Source of the DNA: an uncultured virus (IMG/VR IMGVR_UViG_3300028393_000024)
Lineage: Duplodnaviria; Heunggongvirae; Uroviricota; Caudoviricetes
Reading direction: 5' to 3' (one strand)
Length of the DNA stretch: 64,000 bases
IMG/VR virus record: IMGVR_UViG_3300028393_000024
Translations under genes and position numbers: made by a program
In this document: one piece after another, positions 18,326-29,608 of the stretch
How the letters are laid out: every line of letters begins with the position of its first letter
Numbering within the stretch: position 1 is the first letter of the stretch
The notes under the pieces: generated by a model
Seen by the model: only the letters and a program-made list of their open reading frames with translations
Told to the model about the DNA's origin: nothing
Database searches by the model: none

Positions 18326-21300
18326 ATGGCGACATCATCTTCTCTAATAAAATCTCTTTTACATAAATCCATTGCGGAAGGTGTGTATAAAGAGATTCTG
18401 TCTAACTCATCAAGATATTACTATTTTTTAGGTAAGACGCTATCTTGGTCAGATGAAGCGTCGCCACCTTATCCAACAGATAGTCTAGCGTACGAGAGGG
18501 ACACTCGTAACAATATTATTACATTTAAACAAATTCAACAAAATGATGTGGCATTTATTGTGCCAAGAATTGATTGGAAAAGTGGAAATGTTTATGATAT
18601 TTACGATGATCAATATTCAACTTCAGTTCTCGGTGTAAATATTACAGCTGGAGGAACAAATTATTTGGTTGCTCCTACAGTTACTATTGACCCACCTGAT
18701 CTTCCAAATGGTATTCAAGCAACAGCTGTTGCTAATTTATATAATACTTCCATTGGTTCAATAACTATGGTAAACAATGGCTCTGGTTATACAAATCATC
18801 CGAATGTTACCTTTACTGCTGCACAAGGTTCTGGTGCTGCAGCAGTTGGTGTTATTGGTATGTCTGCAACTGGAGCAGCATCAATCGAACAGTCTCAGTT
18901 TTATGTTATGACAGATGAGTATAATGTATACAAATGTCTAGACAATAATAATGAAGCACTTTCTACAGCAAAACCAATCGGTTCTCAAGTTCTTCCAATA
19001 TCAATGTCCGATGGTTATGTTTGGAAGTATATGTTTAACGTGCCTTTGGCTTTAAGAACAAAGTTTTTAAATGATGAGTATTTTCCAATCGTAACTGCCT
19101 TGAGCCAACAATTCTATTCAAATGGTGGAATTGAAGCAGTTAAAATAAACTCTCGCGGAACAGGTTACTCTGCGATGACATTAAATGTTGATGGTGATGG
19201 TTACTTAGCAAGCGATCCTGTTTATCTGGGATCTGTTAATTTGTTTACTCGTGGTTATGGTTATACAGATGGAGATACAATATCCATCGTTCCTCCATAT
19301 ACTGCCGATGCATATTGGACAGCATCAAGTGCTGTCTTCCTTGGAAGCATCGTTTCAACATCAACAGGTAAATTATATAATGTCGTTCAGGCTGGAACAA
19401 CAGGTGTTTCTGAACCTTCTTTTAGAAGCGGAACAGTTTCTGATGGTACTTGTGCTTTAGAATTTATCGGAGAAACTGCTAAGGCATATCCTTCTTTTAA
19501 TTCCTTCACTGTTGCTGGAACAATTGCAATTACTGGAACTGCAGGTCAATTTTCCTGCGATGCTTCTTCCTTAGTAGTCGGAGATACTATAAAAGTAACT
19601 GGAACAAAAGGTGGGACTTCTACCTTTACTGGTTATCTAACAGGAAATATCTATAAGGTTTCTGCTGTTACTGGTACTTCGCCAAACGTAACTGCCTTTA
19701 CACTTACAACTACAACAGGAGCTGCACTAAGCACAGTTGCTGGAACATTGACAGGATTAACTTTTTCCTCTGGAGCAATAACTGCAGTGAATACTGTTGG
19801 TGGTATTAGAGAAATTACTCTAAACTCTTTTGGTTCTGGTTACACATCAAATCCAACAATTAATTTTACTGCTCCTACTATTACCTTTACCGCAACAGCA
19901 ACTTATGTTAATACTACAACAGAAGTTATAACCATAGGATCTCACTGGTTCGCAACAGGAGATAAGGTGGTTTATTCAACAGGTGGTGGAACTGCAATTA
20001 CTGGGTTGGTTAATAACACTAACTACTATATTATTAAATCTTCTTCTACTGCAGTTAAGTTGGCTTCTTCTTACGCCAATGCGACTGCTGGTACTGCAAT
20101 TAATTTAACTGCAGCTGGTGTTGGTACTGCCCATACTCTTGCGAATGCTTTAGATTTACCTACAGCAAGTGCTGTTCTCTCATCAACTGGTGTTGTTCAA
20201 AGAATTAAAATTACTGATTCTGGAGCAAACTTTCCAACAGCACCGACAGTAACTATCGGAACAGCTCTACCACTGTCAACTGCAGTAACACTTGGTCAAC
20301 AATATTTTGTTTCTTCGAAACTATATACAGTGACAACTGCAGGAACAACTGCTGCTTCTAATCCAACTACAACAGCTCTTGGTGATATAGTTACCAGTGG
20401 AACTGCTGCTCTTCAATGGGTAGGTTCAGCAGCTACTGGATCAGCAGTGTTAAGGTATGGTTATGGTTACTCAGGAAATCCAACGATTTCTATTACTACT
20501 ACAACTGGAACTGGTTTCTCTGCATCATTTCAATCAACTAAAACTAATGCTAAACTAATTCCACAGTTAGAGAATGGTCAGCTGGTCGGTGTTCAAATTG
20601 ATGATCCAGGAATTGGTTATAGTTCTGCTTCAATCAGTGTGACTGGTGATGGAACTGGTTGCAGCGTTGCTCCTGATATTTCTCTTGGTAATATTAATAG
20701 TTTACAAGCAAATAATGAACTACTCACAGTCGCAGGAACAATCAATAACATTCAAGTAGTTAGTGGTGGTTATGGTTATGGTGTCGCAACCATTAGTATA
20801 GCTGGTGACGGAACTGGCGCAACTGCAACTGCAACTGTATCAAATGGTGCTTTACAAAAGATTACAATAACAAATCAAGGGCAAGGTTATACTTACGCAG
20901 ATATTACTATTACTGGTAATGGAACTGCTGCTTCGGCAAGAGCAATCATTTCTCCCCATAATGGTCACGGAAAAGATTCCTTTGATGAGTTATATGCAAA
21001 CACTTTAATGTTTTACAGTAATGTGTCAAGGGATAAGAATCAAGGATTTGATGTAAATAATGACTATCGTCAGGTTGGTATTTTAAAGAATCCAAGATAC
21101 TATAACGCAACTACAAGATATTCTGAACCACTGGGATCAGGTTGTTTTACAATTTCTGCTACTTTCAGTACAGTTAATTTTGTGAAAGATATGATTCTTA
21201 CCATTCCAAGAACAGTTGATAATAATGCCGAATTAAAAAGATACTATGTTGTTTCAGTAAACAGCACTGGAACATCTATGTTGGTACAATCAATTGATGG

Positions 21301-21481
21301 TGATACTCCACTCGTTGGTGATCAAATGACAAATATTAATAGTCAGTTTTTTAGTGTAGCTGCAGTGGGTAATCCAACTGTTGATAAATATTCTGGAGAT
21401 ATATTGTTTATAGACAATAAAGCTGGTTTTACACCATCTGCTCAAGAAACAGTTACACTAAGAACTATTATAACATTCTAA
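18326..21481 (+). CDS. gp8: Baseplate wedge subunit gp8, expanded with accessory domains
   Basis: Motifs VPRIDWKSGNVYDIY, FYVMTDEYNVYKCLDNN, DGYVWKYMF, NDYRQVGILKNP and YSGDILFIDN. Confidence 0.85.
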   Translation: MATSSSLIKSLLHKSIAEGVYKEILSNSSRYYYFLGKTLSWSDEASPPYPTDSLAYERDTRNNIITFKQIQQNDVAFIVPRIDWKSGNVYDIYDDQYSTSVLGVNITAGGTNYLVAPTVTIDPPDLPNGIQATAVANLYNTSIGSITMVNNGSGYTNHPNVTFTAAQGSGAAAVGVIGMSATGAASIEQSQFYVMTDEYNVYKCLDNNNEALSTAKPIGSQVLPISMSDGYVWKYMFNVPLALRTKFLNDEYFPIVTALSQQFYSNGGIEAVKINSRGTGYSAMTLNVDGDGYLASDPVYLGSVNLFTRGYGYTDGDTISIVPPYTADAYWTASSAVFLGSIVSTSTGKLYNVVQAGTTGVSEPSFRSGTVSDGTCALEFIGETAKAYPSFNSFTVAGTIAITGTAGQFSCDASSLVVGDTIKVTGTKGGTSTFTGYLTGNIYKVSAVTGTSPNVTAFTLTTTTGAALSTVAGTLTGLTFSSGAITAVNTVGGIREITLNSFGSGYTSNPTINFTAPTITFTATATYVNTTTEVITIGSHWFATGDKVVYSTGGGTAITGLVNNTNYYIIKSSSTAVKLASSYANATAGTAINLTAAGVGTAHTLANALDLPTASAVLSSTGVVQRIKITDSGANFPTAPTVTIGTALPLSTAVTLGQQYFVSSKLYTVTTAGTTAASNPTTTALGDIVTSGTAALQWVGSAATGSAVLRYGYGYSGNPTISITTTTGTGFSASFQSTKTNAKLIPQLENGQLVGVQIDDPGIGYSSASISVTGDGTGCSVAPDISLGNINSLQANNELLTVAGTINNIQVVSGGYGYGVATISIAGDGTGATATATVSNGALQKITITNQGQGYTYADITITGNGTAASARAIISPHNGHGKDSFDELYANTLMFYSNVSRDKNQGFDVNNDYRQVGILKNPRYYNATTRYSEPLGSGCFTISATFSTVNFVKDMILTIPRTVDNNAELKRYYVVSVNSTGTSMLVQSIDGDTPLVGDQMTNINSQFFSVAAVGNPTVDKYSGDILFIDNKAGFTPSAQETVTLRTIITF

Positions 21482-21488
21482 CTAAATA
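21481..21488 (+). promoter_or_regulatory. Putative late promoter (ACTAAATA)
   Basis: Intergenic, directly upstream of the 2186-aa gene. Confidence 0.6.
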
Positions 21489-21513
21489 GTTAAGATTATA
21501 GAGAAGAGTAAAA

Positions 21514-24500
21514 ATGCTAGATTTCAATACCGAACCATACAATGATGACTACAGCGAAGATAGTAAATTCTATCGCATTTTGTTTCGCCCATCATTTGCG
21601 GTCCAAGCCAGAGAATTAACCCAACTACAGACTATTCTACAAAATCAGATTAGTCGTCAAGGTGGAGCACTTTATAAACAAGGTTCAATGGTTATTCCTG
21701 GTCAAGTATCAATAGATACAAACGCCAAATATGTCAAATTAGTTGCTGTATACAGTGGCGCATCTACTGAATCTTATATTACCTCTACAGCGTCAACTGG
21801 TAAATTTATTACTGGATCTAGTGGTGTCCAGGCTCAAATTATTAAAGTTGTTTCCGCAACTACATCAGATCCAACAACAATCTATGTTCGTTATCGTTCT
21901 TCAGACACTACTGCTGGGACGCAAAAAGTATTTGCCGATGGTGAAGTAATAACTTTTGACGATGGTAGCGGAACAACTCAAGCAGCTGCTTCTTCTGCAA
22001 CTGGAACTGGTTCTTTGGCAACTGTACAGCGTGGTGTTTACTACGTAAATGGTTTCTTTGTTCTTTGTGCAGATGCTCATAGTGCAGCTGATCAAACAAT
22101 TGTTCTAGACAAATATACAAATACACCATCGTATCGTGTTGGTTTAAGTATTCTAGAAACAACAATTACACCAGAAGATGATACAACATTACTGGATAAT
22201 GCGCAGACTTCATATAACTATGCTGCTCCAGGTGCTCATCGTTATCATATAGATTTAGTTCTTACTAAACTTCCACTTACCAGTGTTGATGATCAAAATT
22301 TTATTGAACTGTTAAAAGTTAGCAGTGGTACTATTATTCGTATCGTTAACAAAACAGAATATTCAGAATTAGAAAAAGAACTGGCTCGTCGTACTTATGA
22401 CGAATCTGGAAACTATACAGTTCGCCCATTCAATGTTGATGTTCGTGAGGCAAGAAATAATAGTCGTGGAACTTGGACAACAACACCTACCTCTTATTTG
22501 ATTGGTGATGTTATTTTATATAGCGGAAAAACTTACACCGCAAAAAATACTGCAACTTCTGCTTCCTCTGTTCCACCGACTCATACTACTGGAACTGTTT
22601 TTGATGGATCAGGAAATACTGGTGTTAAGTGGGAATACACACCATATCCAGTATATAATCGTGGTATCAGTTTAACTGGTTCCGATGATCAGCTTGCCAT
22701 TGCTCTTGATCCAGGTAAAGCATATGTTCAGGGACATGAGATTGAAAAAGTTTCAACTGAATATGTTTATGTCAATAAGTGTAGAGATTCTTCTCATCAA
22801 GTTCAAGTTATAAATGCTTTCTTACCAGCGACAGTTGGTAACTATGTTCTTGTTAACTCAGTAAATGCTGCACCTTTTGTAGATACTTTTGTTCAGGTTG
22901 CACTATACAATCAATTTACAACAACTGGCGTTGCTTCTCCTGTTCCTGGAACTGGTGTTGGCACTCAAGTTGGTACTGCTCGTGTTCGTTTTATTGAGTT
23001 AGACAGTGGGACTCAGTATAAAATTGGATTGTTTGATATTCAGATGTTTTCTGGATACGACTTCAAACGCAATGTAAAATCTTTTTACTATAACAATCCA
23101 GCTGGTGGTGCTGTTGTTGACTTCTCTGCTGATATTGCTCCAGTGGCAACTCGTTTAGTCGGTGCTGCTACAGCATCTGCTTCTACAACGATCACTGGTA
23201 CTGGTACTTCTTTTCAAACTGATTTGCTTGTTGGTGATTATATTTCTCTCGGTGGAACATATCGTCGTGTAACTGCTATCGCATCACAGAACTCTATAAC
23301 TGTTGACCAATCAACATCAGTAACTGGTGTTACTATTGATAGAGTTTCTACACAAATTCTTGAACCAGAAAATGAATCATTAATCTTTAGATTGCCTTAC
23401 TATGCAATCAAATCACTAAGATCTTCTGATTCTACAAACAGAACTACATACTACGCATATCAGAAATTTACAGCAACAGCTGGTGCAACAGGAAGTGGTG
23501 GTACTGGATATTGTACACTAACAGTTTCTGCTGCTTCTGGAACAATGGCTCCATCTGCTCAAACAAATAATTATCAATTAGTTGATAGTACAACTGGTAG
23601 TACGATTTCCTATGTTTCTGCTTCAATCTCTGGTTCTTCTGCTACTTTTACTTTATCAAATACTTACGCTTCAAGAGCATTTACGGTAATTGGTACTGTT
23701 GTAAAAACTCTTTCTTCAAGTACCGAAAAAACTAAAACTCTGACAACTGCCACTGTGACTTTTACAACTCAAGCAGCTGCTCAAGCACTGGCATTAAGTC
23801 TTGGAAAAGCCGATGGATATAGAGTTACCAGCGTATTAATGGATGCTGGTTCTTTTGCATCAGCAGCTGGAACATATACTCTTGATATCAGTGATCGATA
23901 TAACTTCAATGATGGCCAAACTTCATCATTCTATGGTCTTGCTAAGTTAGAATTAAAACCTTCCTACACTGTACCAAGTGGTCCAGTTCAGGTTACCTTT
24001 GAGTATTTTACTCATGGTATTGGAGATTACTTCTCTGTTAATTCTTATGCTGATGTTGACTATAAAAAGATTCCTTTCTTTAACTCTATATCTTTAAGAG
24101 ATTCTATTGACTTCCGTCCAAGAGTTGATGATACTGGTGTAACATTCTCTGGATCAGGTGGTTCTACTTCTTTGATTCCTAAGCGTGGTCAAGAAATTCA
24201 AACAGACTTTATTTACTATTTGGCAAGAACAGATAAGATTGCCATTGATGTTAATGGTAAGTTTTTCCAGATTGCAGGAAATCCATCATTAAATCCAGGA
24301 GATCCACCTGAGCCAAAACAAGGTATGGTTCTTTACACATTAAATCTTGAACCATATACATTCAGTACAACTTCTAACAGTGTTGCAGTTACTAAAGTCG
24401 AAAACAAGCGTTATACAATGCGTGACATTGGAACTCTTGAGAGAAGAATTACTAATCTTGAATACTACACTTCGTTGTCTTTATTAGAACAACAAACTGA

Positions 24501-27500
24501 AGCATTGACAATTACTGACTCAACAACTGGTTTAAATCGTTTCAAGAATGGTTTTGTTGTAGACAATTTCAGTGGACATAATGTTGGTGATGTTACCAGC
24601 GTAGATTATTACTGTTCTATTGATATGGGTGCAAATGAGTTGCGTGCGTTTTATTCAATGAAACATATCGGATTGATTGAAAAAGTTTCAACTGATGCTG
24701 CTCGTTCTTCTTCAAATTATAAACTAACTGGTGAGTTGATTACTCTTCCAATAATTGCAACACCTGCTCTTATTACACAACCATATGCATCTCGTTTGGA
24801 AAATATTAATCCATTCGCTATTTTTACTTTCCTTGGTCAAGTTAATTTAAACCCACCAAATGATACTTGGTTTGAAACTGATCGTCGTCCAGATATTGTT
24901 CAAAACCAAGAAGGCGATTTCAATACTATCGCAACACTGGCTGAAAAAGCAGGTGTTCTTGGAACTGTTTGGAACGCATGGCAAACTCAATGGACAGGCG
25001 AACCAGTAACATCTACTCAAACATATGTCGGTGACCAACGTGGACTTGGAACTGTAGGTTGGAGAGATGGTCTCGCTGCCAATACTCCTGCTGATCAATT
25101 GAATGCAATGTTCGGAGATGTTCAAGGACAAGGTTGGGCACATCGTGTTGTTACGGCACAAACTTCAGCTGTTACTTCTGGTCTATCAAGAACTGGTATT
25201 AATACTCAGGTCGTTGCTAAAATTGACACACAGTTGGTTGAAGATCGTGTTCTTTCAACTGCTGTTATTCCTTATATTCGTTCAAGAAATATTCTTATTC
25301 AAGCAACAGGATTAAAACCAAACACAACATTCTACCCATTCTTTGATAATGTTAATGTTGCTGCCTACTGTACTCCTGCAACTAAGATTACCTTTACTGG
25401 TGCTGTAAATTTTGATTCTACATCAAATGTTGGAGCCAATACAACTCAAACTGCTCGTTTAATTAATGGTGATTCTCAGAGTTGTTTAAGTAGCGGAGAT
25501 GTAATAACTGGTGCTTCTTCTGGAGCAACTGCTATTTGTGTTGGATCTGAACAGGTATTAAATACAAGCGGTGTTGTATCAACAAGAAACCTTTATGTTG
25601 TTAACATCAAGGGAACTTTTACAAATGGTGAATCAATTTCTGGTTCAATCAGTGGAGTAACTGCAGTAATTTCTGCAATTGAAACTACTCAGACTGCTGG
25701 CGGTTCTCTTGGAACTGATGTCAACGGTAAAGTTCAATTATTGTTTGCTGTTCCAAATAGCGACACCGCAAGATTCCGTATTGGTCAGCGTCAATTCACT
25801 CTTACAGACTCTACAACTAATGATGCAACTTTTACTTCTAGAGGTAATGGACAGTATTTTGCTCAAGGTGTTCTTGAAACTAAACAAGCGACATATATGT
25901 CTACCAGAAATGGTATCCTTGTTCAGAATCAAGTTGACCCACAGTTTAAAACAATCACACAAACATCATCTCGTGTAGTTTCTGATACTGGTTGGTATGA
26001 TCCACTTGCTCAAACCTTTATGGTAAATTCAAGAGGTGGTGCATTCTTGACAGCAGTTGATTTATTCTTTGCTACCAAGGATAGAAGTATTCCTGTTCAT
26101 ATTGAGATTAGAGAAGTTGTTAATGGTAATCCAGGAAAAACAATTCTACCCTTCTCTCAGGTTGCATTGAATCCTGAGCAGGTAAATATTTCAACAAGTA
26201 CTGTTACACTTCCTGATGGAACTATCGTTCCAAGTTATGACACAGCAACTACCTTTACTTTCCCATCTCCTGTTTATGTTCAGGATGCCACTGAGTATGC
26301 TTTAGTTGTTGCTTCTGATTCTAATGGATATAAAACATGGATCTCTAACATGGGAGATGCTATTCCAGGATCAAACAGAACTATTTCTGACCAACCATAT
26401 GCTGGTGTGTTATTTAAATCGCAGAACGGATCTACTTGGACTGCTGATCAAGATCAAGACTTGAAGTTTACAATTTATCGTGCTCAGTTTGATGTAAATG
26501 CAGTGGGAACTGTTCAATTTGTTAATACTATTATTCCAAAGGTAACTCTTGATAAGGATCCCTTTGAGACAAATATTGGATCAGCTTTTGTTCGTGTCTT
26601 CCATAGAAACCATGGACTTTCAACAAACTCATATGTAACAATTTCTAACTCTGATACTACAAAGATTTATGGATCTACTCCAACATCTGGAACTATAACA
26701 TGTTCAACAGGTAGTGTAACTGTTACTGGTTCGTCAACTGTGTTTAATACAGATATTGGAACAACGACAGTTGGCCAAGGTGCTGTTCTTTATACTAATG
26801 AAGCAACTCCAAGATATATTGGTGTAGTTGCATCAGTAGCAAGTAATACTTCTTTAACTTTAGTTGCAAATGCTGCGATCACTTTGAGTTCAGCAACTAC
26901 TTTTACAATCGCACCTTCGATTAATGGTATACCAGTTACAGAGATTTATAAGTTATCAACTGTAACAACAGTGACTGATAACGATTCTTATGTATTGACA
27001 ACAACTACAACTGGTAAGAAATTTGGTTACGCAGGTGGTCAAACTGCAACTGCCATTGGAAATTATCAGTATAATGCTTTACAACCAATCGCGCAAGTTC
27101 AAACTTTTGCTGATACAAATGCTTTGTTCTCTCTTAAGACAACAACTGGTAAATCAATAAATGGTTCAGAAACTCCGTATACACTAGACTCTAGTTTTTC
27201 TGGTGCAGTTGCAAATGATACCAATTATTTCTCAGCACCAAGAGTTGTTGCATCTCAACAGAATGAAAACACTTTAATGAGTGGAAATAAATCAGTTACC
27301 ATTCAATGTCAAATGACAACTACGAATGATGCGGTTTCTCCAGTTCTTGATTCTAAAAGAATGGGACTTGTTGCTATTAGTAATACATTGAACGCACCAA
27401 GCGAAACAGTTATTAATTACGGTAGTTTGGATCAAATTACTTTGACTTCAGCAAATACTAATATTGCTTTTACAAGCACTGGTATAGCATCAGCTGATGG

Positions 27501-28074
27501 TCCAACTAAAGCACTATTGGCAACTCTACAGGTTGGTAAATATATTACCATTTCTGGTTCTGGTACTGCCACAAACAACGGAACATATTTAATTACTGGT
27601 GTTGCTTCTGATGGCGCAACAGTGACAATCGCTAACACAAATGGTTCGACAATTGTTTCTGCAGGAACTGCAATTACCATAGTGTTTAGAAACTCTTACA
27701 TTGATGAGATTTCTCCGTCGGGTAGCTCTACTCACAGTAAGTACGTTACTAAACAGATTAGTTTGGCAACACCAGCTACTTCAATGAAGATTCGTCTTTC
27801 AATAAATTCACCAACAGCATCTAATGTTGCAGTTTATTATAGAACTTCTCCAGTTGGATCTAAGAACTCTTATGGAACAATTAATTATATTCTTGCAACT
27901 CAAGATGGTGTGTTCCCTAAAGTTCAATATGGTGATAATTCCTTCAAAGATGTTGACTATACAATAACTGGTTTGACTGCTTTTGATTCCTTTAATGTTA
28001 AGTTGGTATTTACTTCAACCAACACATCGGAAGTTACTAGAGTTAAAGACCTTAGAGTTATAGCAACAACATAA
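21514..28074 (+). CDS. Large virion structural protein, VrlC / DUF4815-like
   Basis: Motifs PYNDDY, RILFRPSFAVQARELTQLQTILQNQI, APGAHRY, LARRTYDESGNYTV, RYTMRDIG and WYDPLAQTF. Confidence 0.85.
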   Translation: MLDFNTEPYNDDYSEDSKFYRILFRPSFAVQARELTQLQTILQNQISRQGGALYKQGSMVIPGQVSIDTNAKYVKLVAVYSGASTESYITSTASTGKFITGSSGVQAQIIKVVSATTSDPTTIYVRYRSSDTTAGTQKVFADGEVITFDDGSGTTQAAASSATGTGSLATVQRGVYYVNGFFVLCADAHSAADQTIVLDKYTNTPSYRVGLSILETTITPEDDTTLLDNAQTSYNYAAPGAHRYHIDLVLTKLPLTSVDDQNFIELLKVSSGTIIRIVNKTEYSELEKELARRTYDESGNYTVRPFNVDVREARNNSRGTWTTTPTSYLIGDVILYSGKTYTAKNTATSASSVPPTHTTGTVFDGSGNTGVKWEYTPYPVYNRGISLTGSDDQLAIALDPGKAYVQGHEIEKVSTEYVYVNKCRDSSHQVQVINAFLPATVGNYVLVNSVNAAPFVDTFVQVALYNQFTTTGVASPVPGTGVGTQVGTARVRFIELDSGTQYKIGLFDIQMFSGYDFKRNVKSFYYNNPAGGAVVDFSADIAPVATRLVGAATASASTTITGTGTSFQTDLLVGDYISLGGTYRRVTAIASQNSITVDQSTSVTGVTIDRVSTQILEPENESLIFRLPYYAIKSLRSSDSTNRTTYYAYQKFTATAGATGSGGTGYCTLTVSAASGTMAPSAQTNNYQLVDSTTGSTISYVSASISGSSATFTLSNTYASRAFTVIGTVVKTLSSSTEKTKTLTTATVTFTTQAAAQALALSLGKADGYRVTSVLMDAGSFASAAGTYTLDISDRYNFNDGQTSSFYGLAKLELKPSYTVPSGPVQVTFEYFTHGIGDYFSVNSYADVDYKKIPFFNSISLRDSIDFRPRVDDTGVTFSGSGGSTSLIPKRGQEIQTDFIYYLARTDKIAIDVNGKFFQIAGNPSLNPGDPPEPKQGMVLYTLNLEPYTFSTTSNSVAVTKVENKRYTMRDIGTLERRITNLEYYTSLSLLEQQTEALTITDSTTGLNRFKNGFVVDNFSGHNVGDVTSVDYYCSIDMGANELRAFYSMKHIGLIEKVSTDAARSSSNYKLTGELITLPIIATPALITQPYASRLENINPFAIFTFLGQVNLNPPNDTWFETDRRPDIVQNQEGDFNTIATLAEKAGVLGTVWNAWQTQWTGEPVTSTQTYVGDQRGLGTVGWRDGLAANTPADQLNAMFGDVQGQGWAHRVVTAQTSAVTSGLSRTGINTQVVAKIDTQLVEDRVLSTAVIPYIRSRNILIQATGLKPNTTFYPFFDNVNVAAYCTPATKITFTGAVNFDSTSNVGANTTQTARLINGDSQSCLSSGDVITGASSGATAICVGSEQVLNTSGVVSTRNLYVVNIKGTFTNGESISGSISGVTAVISAIETTQTAGGSLGTDVNGKVQLLFAVPNSDTARFRIGQRQFTLTDSTTNDATFTSRGNGQYFAQGVLETKQATYMSTRNGILVQNQVDPQFKTITQTSSRVVSDTGWYDPLAQTFMVNSRGGAFLTAVDLFFATKDRSIPVHIEIREVVNGNPGKTILPFSQVALNPEQVNISTSTVTLPDGTIVPSYDTATTFTFPSPVYVQDATEYALVVASDSNGYKTWISNMGDAIPGSNRTISDQPYAGVLFKSQNGSTWTADQDQDLKFTIYRAQFDVNAVGTVQFVNTIIPKVTLDKDPFETNIGSAFVRVFHRNHGLSTNSYVTISNSDTTKIYGSTPTSGTITCSTGSVTVTGSSTVFNTDIGTTTVGQGAVLYTNEATPRYIGVVASVASNTSLTLVANAAITLSSATTFTIAPSINGIPVTEIYKLSTVTTVTDNDSYVLTTTTTGKKFGYAGGQTATAIGNYQYNALQPIAQVQTFADTNALFSLKTTTGKSINGSETPYTLDSSFSGAVANDTNYFSAPRVVASQQNENTLMSGNKSVTIQCQMTTTNDAVSPVLDSKRMGLVAISNTLNAPSETVINYGSLDQITLTSANTNIAFTSTGIASADGPTKALLATLQVGKYITISGSGTATNNGTYLITGVASDGATVTIANTNGSTIVSAGTAITIVFRNSYIDEISPSGSSTHSKYVTKQISLATPATSMKIRLSINSPTASNVAVYYRTSPVGSKNSYGTINYILATQDGVFPKVQYGDNSFKDVDYTITGLTAFDSFNVKLVFTSTNTSEVTRVKDLRVIATT

Positions 28075-28304
28075 TGGAAAATATATTACAGGTTGAAGGA
28101 AATCCATCTCTAGTACGAGACTTGGCATCTAACGCAATTATTAATACGAATATATCAGAGTTTGAAACCTATCTTAGAAATAGAGATATTATGTCTGCTA
28201 GAGTTAATCAATTACAGACTCAGAACGAAAAGATAAATAGACTTGAAAATGATATCAACGACATAAAAACTATGTTACAACTGTTGATCAATAAGGAAAA
28301 TTAA
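28074..28304 (+). CDS. Small conserved T4-like phage protein with coiled-coil C-terminus
   Basis: VEGNPSLVRD..SNAIINTN motif; coupled to both neighbours by TAATG overlaps. Confidence 0.7.
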   Translation: MENILQVEGNPSLVRDLASNAIINTNISEFETYLRNRDIMSARVNQLQTQNEKINRLENDINDIKTMLQLLINKEN

Positions 28305-29602
28305 TGGCATCTATCACGCTACGCACTGTTAAAGGAAGTCCTCTTACCAATCAAGAGATGGACGACAACCTTAATAATATCAATGCTCAATTAAATCTTA
28401 CTTTACCTGCAGCGTCATATACCGCAGCCGATGTGCTAACGAAACTTAAAACAGTTGACGGAGTTGGTTCTGGTTTAGATGCAGATTTGTTGGATGGTTA
28501 TAATTCAGCAACAACTGCAACGGCAAACACAATTGTTCTTAGAGATGCCAATACAGATATTGCCGCAGGAGTGGTTCGTGCCACAACAGTAATTGCCAAT
28601 GTAACAGGTAATGTCACAGGTAATGTAACAGGAACTCTTACTGGAAATGCAACCAATGTTTCTGGCACTGTTGCTATTAATAATGGTGGCACTGGTGGTA
28701 GTGATGCAACTTCTGCTCGCTCAAACCTTGGACTTGGATCAATGGCAACTCAGAATAATTCTGGTGTTACTATTGTCGGTGGAACTATTACTGGTTTAAC
28801 AACTGCATTACCAATTGCATCTGGCGGTACAGGCGCAACATCAGCAACTGCAGTAAGAACAAACCTTGGTCTTGCCATTGGTACTGATGTTCAGCCTTTC
28901 TCAAACGAATTAACAGGTATCGCAGCAGCAACTAACACTGGTATCTATGTTCGTATTGGTGCTGCTTCAGTTACACAAAGATCAGTAGTTACTAATGGAA
29001 ATGGTATAGTTGTTACAAATGGCAGCGGAGTCGGTGGTAATATTTCAGTTGACTTACCTAGTTCTGGTTCAGTAACACTTTCATCTCTACAACTTAATGC
29101 TGGTTTAACTGTTGGAACAACAGGAACTTTCTCTGGCGCTGTTACACTTCCATCTATTTCAAAATCTGGTGGTAATGGTTCAGGTGATATTGGCCAAGAC
29201 GGAAATCGTTTCGGAACAATTTTTGGAACAGCTTCTACTGCTAAGTATGCCGACTTGGCAGAAAAATATCTTGCCGACGATACCTATGAAACAGGAACTG
29301 TTATTGTAGTTGGTGGCGAAAAAGAAGTTACTCAATCTTTCTTTGGAGACAAAGCAATCGGTGTTGTTTCTGCTGCTCCTGCTTACTGTATGAATGATGA
29401 GTTGAAAGACGGAACAAAGATAGCACTAAAAGGTCGTGTCCCAGTTAAAGTTGTTGGAGCAATTACCAAAGGCAAAAGTATTACTGCTGGTGATAATGGA
29501 ACTGCTGTTCAATGTGAACATCACTTCTATGGAGCGTTTGGCGTGGCTCTTGAATCCAGCGATACTGAAACTGTTAAATTAATTGAATGTGTGATTTTAT
29601 AA
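28304..29602 (+). CDS. Tail fibre-like protein with C-terminal intramolecular chaperone (peptidase G2/IMC-like)
   Basis: N-terminal LRTVKGSPLTNQEMDDN; SGLDADLLDG; GGTGATSA repeats; C-terminal YADLAEKY...IALKGRVPVKV. Confidence 0.7.
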   Translation: MASITLRTVKGSPLTNQEMDDNLNNINAQLNLTLPAASYTAADVLTKLKTVDGVGSGLDADLLDGYNSATTATANTIVLRDANTDIAAGVVRATTVIANVTGNVTGNVTGTLTGNATNVSGTVAINNGGTGGSDATSARSNLGLGSMATQNNSGVTIVGGTITGLTTALPIASGGTGATSATAVRTNLGLAIGTDVQPFSNELTGIAAATNTGIYVRIGAASVTQRSVVTNGNGIVVTNGSGVGGNISVDLPSSGSVTLSSLQLNAGLTVGTTGTFSGAVTLPSISKSGGNGSGDIGQDGNRFGTIFGTASTAKYADLAEKYLADDTYETGTVIVVGGEKEVTQSFFGDKAIGVVSAAPAYCMNDELKDGTKIALKGRVPVKVVGAITKGKSITAGDNGTAVQCEHHFYGAFGVALESSDTETVKLIECVIL

Positions 29603-29608
29603 TGTTTT

